From the NCBI RefSeq assembly GCF_006345805.1, contig NW_021835018.1, forward strand, positions 1 to 44,975: DNA of 44,975 nucleotides, given 5' to 3'. Shown in pieces: positions 36,428 through 44,975 of this stretch (positions are counted from its first letter, which is position 1; each line of letters opens with the position of its first letter). The position numbers and the translations under genes were made by a program. The notes under the pieces were generated by a model. It did not search any database and was not told the origin of the DNA. It was given only the letters and a program-made list of their open reading frames with translations. Source of the stretch: Octopus sinensis. Its lineage: Eukaryota.

Positions 36428-37287
36428 GACTACTACTACTATTACTACTACTACTACTACAAGAACTGTCACGCAGGTGTTCGAATGTTACGCTTTAAAC
36501 ATTGAAATCTGCGATGTAATCGAAAACTCTAAGATAATGAAACACGTCCTGATGTCATGTCTCCAACAGTTTTAAACTATGCACAACTAAATCGAAGATA
36601 TAATTGGAAACTTTAACATAATGAAACAACGTTATGAAGTAATACATGTGATATAGAAAATAGAAATACGATCATTTGTGTAATGTAGAATATCTACAGG
36701 CTCCACTAGATATTGTTACTGTTGCTTTTGCGGTTGTTTTTATTGTTGTCATGCGTAGATTACATGAAATAAAAAAAAAAAAAAAGAAGAAAAAGAAAAC
36801 AAGTCAACGTGTCTTCAATAGTTCCTCCTTGATTTATCACAATATTTACACTCTCTAACCAAAGTTAGAAATATGTTGGTTTTTTTTTTCATTCTCCGGA
36901 TGAATATATCATGGAATACAAATAGGGCTTATATTCATATTTCTTTCCCATTTAAGAGAAGAATTTATATTTTCATTATCTTGTCGGAACCGATTCATTT
37001 AAGCACTCCAACATTGTTTGAGTTGCATATGCGAGATATTTCTCATATTAATGGCATATAAATTCGTCCTTCGAAGAGTGGAAAGAAAGTAACGGTGTCT
37101 ACTGAATCAGTACTTAAATGAAGAATGACAATACTTATGATAAAAGCGATGTCTTTGTGTAAGACCTACACAAGTAACAACTGTCAGCGGTAACAGTGAC
37201 ATAACAAAATACATCACAAGTAATAACAGAGACGAAAAGTAATTGAAACTAAACGAATGAGAACTGTTTCCACAGTTATACTTTTAA

Positions 37288-37507
37288 CCCTTTCGTTACC
37301 AACCCGGCCAAAACCGGCTCTGGCTCTGAGTTCAAGTATCTTATATTCATAAGTTTTGACTTAAAATCTTCCATCAAACCTTAGTCACAATTTATGTTTG
37401 TAACACTCGCTTAATGATAACTAAGTTATTTTACTAAATTCTTTATTATATTTAAAGTAATTGAAAGAAACACAGGGCATCTCAAAATAAATACAGTAAC
37501 GAAAGGG
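37288..37507. mobile_element. piggyBac-type MITE (220 bp)
   Basis: TTAA|ccctttcgttac ... gtaacgaaaggg|TTAA: 12-bp perfect TIR starting CCC, with TTAA target duplication. Confidence 0.9.
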
Positions 37508-37715
37508 TTAAGGCCCCAAATTTAAAGGTTCTTCGTCGTTCTCGGCGAGCTGCAGTCAATCGTTCGGCCTACACTATTCGTACTCGTGAAATTAATGCTG
37601 GTTGTTGAATGTTGTAGAGGCCAAATAAACATGATGCAATACAACAAGGTTTGACACTTTGAATTCAGGATACAATCCACAGAGACAGAAACAGAAAGAT
37701 ACACACACACACACT

Positions 37716-38128
37716 ATCTCTTTTACACTTTTATTTGTTTCAGTCATTTGACTGTGGCCATACCGCAGCACCGCTTTTCAGTCGTGGAAATCGACCTCAG
37801 GACTTATTCTTTGTAAGCCTAGTACTTATTCTTTCGGGCTCTTTCGCCGAACCGCTAAGTTACGGAGACGTAAACACACCGGCATCGGTTGTCAAGCGAT
37901 GGTGGGGGACAAACACAGGCACAAATATACACACACACATACACATATATATATACATATATACGACGGGCTTCGTTCAGTTTTCGTCTACCAAATCCAC
38001 TCACAAGGCTTTGGTCGGCTCGAGGCTATAGTAGAAGACACTTGCCCAAGGTGCCACACAGTGGGACTGAACCCGGAACCATGTGGTTAGTAAGCACGCC
38101 ACTTACCACACAGTCACTCCTACGCCTA
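37716..38128 (-). mobile_element. SINE family A, full length
   Basis: Reverse complement head gtaggagtgactgtgtggtaag through the tail cagtcaaatgactgaaaca. Confidence 0.92.
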
Positions 38129-38169
38129 CAAAGCATAAAGTGTTTAGGTTTGAAGAGTAAGTTATACAT

Positions 38170-38247
<78 letters not shown>

Positions 38248-40353
38248 ATATATATATAGTGAGAGAGAGGGATGCCAAAAAAAGGTAAAAACCAAGATCA
38301 AAGAAATGTTTCCTAACAGAACTGATTTTACAGAAATTTGACAAATGTTTAAATGGGGTAGCGTCTAACTACGCCACAAGACCTGCTAGAAATAACAGTC
38401 TATTTGCCCTCAATGTAAACTTGTCCGTCATAAGAAATATCATGTCGGATAATATAGTGCGGAAGAAAACGATGCTGCGTACACCATAGCTAGATTGGCT
38501 CACATGCGAAGAGACCTCACTAAACCGGATTTAAAAACTTTTGATAGTAAAACTGTGCGTGGGCTTGCAGAGTAAGTTACAATCTATGCTTTATGGTGAG
38601 AAGTTTGTATAAAGTTCGCATCTGTCTGTCAAACCATTATGTTCTGTAAATTGGCGAATGTTTACACCATCTTAGGCCAAAGCCAGAGGCCAAGTAAAAG
38701 ATATAACAGGCTCACTCGAAGACAAATTGAGTTAAAATCGCGATTGGATTTTGCCTGTGTACACATGCTGGTATTCACTTCCGTGTAAACATGAAACTAC
38801 ATTCAGAACAACACTAGGTCTATACTCTTTCGGTATATTTTACAAAATAGATTAGAGCGCTGAAATCCCAACCCACAACACACGCGACGTTTTCCCTTTC
38901 AGCCACTGAACATCAACGTACGCTGCTACATATCCATACATGCATACATACATACATACATACATACATACATACATACATACATACATACACACATAAA
39001 CACACACACACACACACACACATAAACACACACACATAAACACACACACAACACACACACATATATATATATATATATATCTACGCATGTATGTATGTAT
39101 GTATGTATGTATGTATATATGTGCGTGTATAAGTGTTTCTTTATATACGTGTCTATGCATTTACGCTTATATGTTTATATGCATATGCATGTATGTGTAA
39201 GTGTACGTTTCTGTGTGTGTGTGTGGTGTGTGTGTGTGTGTGTGTATGAATACGTATATGCAAAGTGAACAACTCATTTTGATCTGTGACGCGGTCATCA
39301 ACCATTGACTATCAGACGTTCATGACATCCTCCTTTCATAAAGCGCACTCGGGCTGTATTATAATTTAGAGATTATTATAGCGATATACTATATACGATT
39401 GATGAAAACAGCTCCGGGCGTTGAAGAATAAAAGCTATTATATCCTTCAAACTATATCCAGCAATATTTTAATATATTGAGAAAATAGCTGCAAGCAAAA
39501 TCATTTTGATATTTGAGAATTTATTATTATAAAAGGACACTTTTGATGAGCATAACTTTCATAAAACTTTGAATTCGCCGTATATGTTTAGTATAATTTT
39601 TACTCTACGTGAATATTTACAAGATATAAAGCAGTGTAAGGATATTCAAAAAACAAAAAAAGAAAAACATTGACGTGAACTCCTACATAAATATATTTAT
39701 CACATATTTATACGTATCAGTGTAGGTGTATATACTCATTGATAACTTTAGTCGAATGCATGCACATACATGCAAATCTCTCTTTCTCCCTTCATCTATC
39801 CCGGCCTCTGACTGTCTGTCTCTCTCTCTTCTCTCACTATCTCTAGATATATATGTATGTGTATGGAATTGCGTGTGTGTGTATGTGGCTTTGTGATTAA
39901 TTACATGCATATAATTTGCAACATTCATGGGAGTGTGTGTTGAAAGAGAAGCTGTCCCACTCTTGATGGCGTTATTCTTTTAAATAACACACCCGTACTG
40001 GTTGTAATTTAAGCTTCGAATCGTATTCAATTATTATGAAAGTCATGTTAAATCAATGTATTTGATTATTTTCTCCTTTATCTATTTGTTTATTTGATTA
40101 TTAATTCAATTTTCTAACACATGTTTGAAATCCATCCTCAAGCGTTTTGCTAGGACTGACGCTTTCCCTTTTGTGACGAGTATTTATATCGATATTGGTG
40201 ATTGTGTATTGAGTACGTGTGCCTATACATTTGTAAGCATATGACTCACAATATGGACCTGTGTGCTGCATATATATATATGTGTGTGTGTGTGTTGTGT
40301 GACCGCGATTTTTTCCCTCCGTCTTCCCTTCCTTGGATTTTTCCTTTTTCTAT

Positions 40354-40388
40354 GTTTCTGACGAAGAGCTCCGCTCGAAACGTTAAAT
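40354..40388 (+). ncRNA. Minimal type I hammerhead ribozyme motif (Penelope-like element terminus type)
   Basis: GUUU-CUGACGA-A-GAGC(UCC)GCUC-GAA-ACGU-U/AAAU: stem I 4 bp, stem II 4 bp, palindromic ACGU stem III, GUU cleavage triplet after 40384. Confidence 0.7.
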
Positions 40389-40869
40389 CCTCCTTCTTTC
40401 TTTCCGTTCCTGGGCGTTCAACAACACTATATTTGTTCCACATACTCGCGTTGTCTTTTTTAAATGTTTAGATTAACTATTTATATATATATGTATATAT
40501 ATATATATATATATCTATATATATATATATATATATATATGAATGTAATTGTAACAGAGTATGATGATCGTCCATCAATTTACGTGTGTGTGTTTGTGCG
40601 TGCGTCTTTGTGCGTGTACACGAGTGTGTGTGTGTGTATACATGCACACACATAAGCAAATACACAAGCACGCACATACATTCTTTCATACATACATACA
40701 TGCATACGTACATACATACACACAGACATATACATACATAGATACATACATGGATACATACATACATACATACATACATACATACGTACGTACATACTAT
40801 ATACATATATACACACATCCTGTGTGATGTTTCGAGGGAAATATGACAAAATCTTCATTTTCGGTTTCA

Positions 40870-41975
40870 CCTTGGAGTTCCAAAGACTTCACTGTCACTT
40901 TTGCTTCTAAGGAATATCATAGCTATTTTCTGTCCTTAGAATGCAAATGCATAGCCTTCGAAGAATGATATGCTGTAGTTGTCAAGAGTCCAAGAGAGAC
41001 TGCGCTTCATGTCGATATATTTAGCTTCTTCAAGTGTTCAGGAAAGATGCCCATGCTCATTTTTTTTTATCATGCTGAGGATTCCACATCCAGATTTTCA
41101 TGGATGTATGTTAGTCCAGCTTCTTTAGGGTTGAAGAGGAGGCCATCAGAAAGAGATTGCCTCCTGGGGAGCTCGCTGACATTGTTCTCTTCGCTTTTCA
41201 GCTCTTAGATAATACATATGTTTTAGCTGTTATTGTTTAAGTAATGCTGTCTGAGAGACTATACGACATTCGTAGGCTGTCTGCACTGTCTTCGAGCCTC
41301 TATTTCCTTTATTTGTTCTTAGGTAGTGCCTGTCGTTATCATCGTTTGTGTGGAGATTTCCTGTTGATGTCAGAAATAAGGCGGCGAGGTGGCGGAACCG
41401 TTAGCACGCCGGGAGAAATGTGTAGCCGTATTTCGTCTGCCGTTACGTTCTGAGTTCAAATTCCGCCGAGGTCGACTTTGCCTTTCATCCTTTCGGGGTC
41501 GATTAAATAAGTACCAGTTACACACTGGGGTCGGTATAATCGACTTAATCCGTTTGTCCTCTCTGTGTTTAGCCCCTTGTGGGTAGTAAAGAAATAGATG
41601 TCAGAACCTTGCTGGTTTTAACGTCTATGGAGTGAATTTCCTCTGCAGACCAGACAAGTATCCGAATACTTGTCTCGTTGTAAGAAGATAGTCCTGACAG
41701 CTTTATTTTTCCAAGTCAGGCATAATATTCTCGGGTCACTTTAGTTTTAATTCACAACATCATTGTATGATATATTTTCATCAATGTCCAGGTACTTTTA
41801 GCATTCTTTGTGTGGGACAAAAGAGATCATGAGACCATTGATGCATAAGTTTTTGGTATGAAGGGACTGATTTTACCTGTTAACAACAATCAAATATGAA
41901 CATTTCTTTTGGCCAAATTCCACTCCTATGTCAGCTGAAAATGTTATCAATTCCAGCTGGTTTTTGGCATTGTTA
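40870..41975 (-). mobile_element. Old Dong/R4-like fragment (post-YMDD to CCHC-proximal), interrupted by a SINE
   Basis: [16 protein letters not shown]; TGNLHTNDDNDRHYLR (cf. HxxSDxDRLYL); GYAFAF (cf. EGxxxAxQEQ). Heavily degraded. Confidence 0.55.
41376..41596 (+). mobile_element. SINE family B, full length with 10-bp TSD
   Basis: TSD gatgtcagaa at 41366-41375 and 41597-41606. Confidence 0.92.
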
Positions 41976-42177
41976 GAATTTTGCATGTATGTATGTATTT
42001 ATGTATGTATGTATGTATGTATGTATGTATGTATGTATGTATGTATGTATGTATGTATGTATGTATGTGTGTGTGTATGTATGTATGTATGTTCAGATTT
42101 TACTTATGCAGTCTTTCTCACTTCCTGTGAGTCAAACTAATACACCTACTTGTTATTTATACAAGTAGGTTATTTAT

Positions 42178-42408
42178 ACAGCGGCGAGCTGGCAGAAACG
42201 TTAGCACGCCGGGCGAAATGCTTAGCGGTATTACGTCTGCCGTTACGTTCTGGGTTCAAATTCCTCCGAGGTCGACTTTGCCTATCATCCTTTCGGGGTC
42301 GATTAAGTAAGTACCAGTTACGCACTGGGGTCGATATAATTGACTTAATCCGTTTGTCTGTCCTTGTTTGTCCTCTCTGTGTTTAGCCCCTTGTGGGTAG
42401 TAAATACA
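42178..42408 (+). mobile_element. SINE family B, full length
   Basis: gcggcgagctggcagaaacgttagcacgccgggcgaaatgcttagcgg...agccccttgtgggtagtaaa. Confidence 0.92.
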
Positions 42409-43589
42409 TAAGTTATTTATACACCTCTCTTCGTCATTTGTTTTTCTGTAAATTTCATTTATTTGTGTGTGTATGTATGCTTATTAGTTCTGTTTTCATC
42501 GGTGGTGACGTTGTTACTTTCATCTGTGGTGGTGTAAGTTTCAGCCATAATCGTGTTAACGAGATTGCATGTGGTGTAGATGTATGCTTTAAAATCTGAT
42601 CAGGATAACGCTATGCTGGCGAGTAAAAGGTGTTTCGCTAATCAATTATTGGAGAAATAAACCAGCTACCGATTTAGGCTGGAGACGTCGGCATTTTCTA
42701 GAGGAAGCGTTCAAAACGGACTTTTTAAACGGCCCTCAACACCTGCACGTCCGATGGTCACGGAGCCATATGTATGTATGTATGTATATATATGTATTCA
42801 TGTATGTTAAATACACAATATACGTACGAAATTTCCAAATGTATAAATATATTTCTAGAAATTTAGTGATGTTCAGTGAACTTCATGAGCAAAACCAAAG
42901 CGAAGTGAAACATATTATTAACAGTTAAAAGTGAATGATCTAATTTAAACCATACATCCAAACCGATTCTACAACATCATAGTCTCACTTTGTTGATTAA
43001 TACAATGTAATGATGTGAATTTAGCTGCTGGTGTTTGTAATTTCTGAAAATGTAATCTGTTAAAATTGAACGTGCCACAAAGCCAAATATTTCTCTGGCT
43101 AACTCTATAATGTGAATGGGTGCAATTTTCTTCGTGTCCGATCCAAAATGTTGACTGTTACAAGATGAGACGTGCGAAAATTAATTTGGAAGCTGTTATG
43201 TGATTTCCCGTTAGAAGTTCAAATGTACAAGTGTTTGTGACATTACACTACAGGCAATATATATTATTATTTATTTTTCTGGTGTCAGTCATTCGACTGT
43301 GGCCATTTGAACTCTTTCTTCAAAAGATTCAGTCAATCATATCAACCTTAATACTTATTGTAACCTAGTGAATTATTAACCCTCTTTGAGCTAGTTTTGT
43401 AAGTTACATTTTTATAGCAAGGGGACACGGCTCAGTGATTCACACGTATAATTATTTACTCTCTCTCTCCTCTCTCCCTCTCTTTCTCCCTCCCTCACCT
43501 CCGCGCATCCACATATATTTATGTGCGTGTCTATAGCGATAATTCTTTCTTCTGTTGGTACAAGTTTGAAACTCTGAAGGAGAGGGCGT

Positions 43590-44455
43590 GTCTATTATAT
43601 CGGCCCCAATGCCTGAGAGATATTTATTTCATCGACCCCGAAATGGTGAAAGGCAATATCGGCCTCGGCAGAATTTGAACTCAAGATGTGAGGAGCTGGA
43701 AAAACTGCTATGATCATTTAGTCTTGCGTGCTGACGTTGTGAGTTCAAATTCCGCCGAGGTCGACTTTGCTTTCATCCTTTCAGGGTCGATAAATTAAGT
43801 ACCAGTTACGCACTGGGGTCGATCTAATCGACTTAATACCTATGTCTGTTCTTGTTTGTCCCCTCTATGTTTAGCCCCTTGTGGGTAATAAAGAAATAGG
43901 TACTGTCAGGTAATCCAACTCCCCATGTGTAATAATAATAATCGTTTCTTTTAAAGGCATAAGACCTGAAATCTGGGGAATGGGACTAGTCAATTACACC
44001 GACGCCAGTGTTTCAGTGGTCCTTAATTTATCCACCTCGAAAGGATAGAAGGTAAAATCGACATCGACAGAATTTGAGTCCGAAACGTAGTGACAGGCGA
44101 AATACCGCTAATCATTTCGTCCAGCGTGCTAAAATATTCTGCCAAACAGTAATAACAATGAGCATAAAAAAGTGATATCTGTGTAGAAGCGTATGGTAGA
44201 TTTTGCCCTTCGTATTTTCTGGGCGATAACTTAAGTACTGGGTTCGATGTAATCGACTATCCTCTCCACCGAAAAGCTTCAAACCTTGTGTCTTGCGTAG
44301 ACAGTATTAGGGGTCGACTTTGTCTTTCATCCTTTCGGGGTCGATAAATAAAGTACCAGTTAAGCACTGGGGTCGATGTAATCGACTTAATTCCTTTGTC
44401 TGTCCTTGTTTGTCCATTCTGTGTTTAGCCCCTTGCGGGTAGTAAAGAAATAAGT
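43590..44455. mobile_element. Cluster of SINE family B pieces in both orientations
   Basis: Minus-strand old copies at ~43590-43735 and ~43980-44150; plus-strand younger 5'-truncated copies at ~43735-43900 and ~44310-44455. Confidence 0.8.
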
Positions 44456-44626
44456 ATTATTACTATTACGCAACTCGAATGACAAATAAAAAATTGGGTG
44501 GCGCTAGGTAGAGAAGAGCGAGGAATATTTCACTGATCCCCATCATTTAGTTACTTCCTACAACTTCCACCTTGCATCTGTAGTAAATATACACTTATAA
44601 TTTTATACATAACTTTATTTATACCA

Positions 44627-44897
44627 ACAATTGCAGCGTGCAAGGTGTTTATAAGCCATTTAAGAAACACACAAAAACCGTTAGATTCACTTCAACATTT
44701 AAATTTGATTTGTCAAAATATTTTCGTCGCTTTGAGACCGCGACCTGTTCACTGAGCACAGAATTTTATCAGTGAACAGGTCGCGGTCTCAAAGCGCTGA
44801 AAATATTTTGGCAAATTAAATTTAAATGTTGAAGTGAATCTAACGGTTTTTGTGTGTTTCTTAAATGGTTTATAAACACATTCTACGCTGTAATTGT
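44627..44897. mobile_element. 271-bp palindrome (129-bp arms, 13-nt loop); probable inverted Penelope-like terminal repeat
   Basis: Arms 44627-44755 and 44769-44897 are colinear reverse complements with no net indel; each begins at the centre with a hammerhead-shaped motif. Confidence 0.8.
44765..44815 (+). ncRNA. Variant hammerhead-like motif with G3/C8 core (GUGAACA); mirror copy at 44709-44755 on the minus strand
   Basis: Stem I UUUAUCA/UGGCAAA (6 of 7); core GUGAACA; stem II GUCGC/GCGAC (perfect in the minus copy); GAA; palindromic AAUAUU stem III; U17. Confidence 0.5.
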
Positions 44898-44975
44898 CTT
44901 CGTTCGAGGCACACGATCTCTGATCAGGTCACTTGCTATGCAAGTACATCGCCGTAATTTATTTATACCCCGATA

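Noticed and set aside
42500-42775. GC-richer segment resembling a retroelement remnant
   Set aside because: Multiple stops and no diagnostic motif I can assign.

Overview
Eukaryotic, AT-rich, repeat-dense and almost entirely non-coding DNA. The two tRNA-derived SINE families and the density of (TA)n/(CA)n/(GATA)n/(AAT)n microsatellites look like an octopus (cephalopod) genome; this is inferred from recognising the repeats, not from a search. No intact host gene is supportable, and nearly all ORFs in the track are simple-repeat artefacts. Supported content: SINE family A (~400 bp, internal microsatellite, 3' stem-loop tail); SINE family B (~235 bp); a CR1-type LINE fragment; six pieces of RLE-type (Dong/R4-like) non-LTR retrotransposons, several next to (AAT)n; decayed Tc1 and pogo/Tigger transposons; and several MITE/foldback elements. 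Most notable: (i) hammerhead-ribozyme-like motifs of Penelope-like type, including a variant with the core C3-G8 pair swapped to G3-C8 in both arms of a 271-bp palindrome; (ii) a foldback element whose arms carry outward-facing tRNA-Thr-like heads; (iii) a 684-bp foldback element with a telomeric (TTAGGG)n core; (iv) a 278-bp near-identical inverted copy of local DNA captured inside a TSD-bounded composite SINE; (v) a covarying 3' stem-loop shared by the CR1 LINE and SINE A; (vi) candidate plus-strand exons and recursive splice sites. Boundaries of decayed repeats are approximate (tens of bp). TIR, TSD and ribozyme coordinates were counted by hand.
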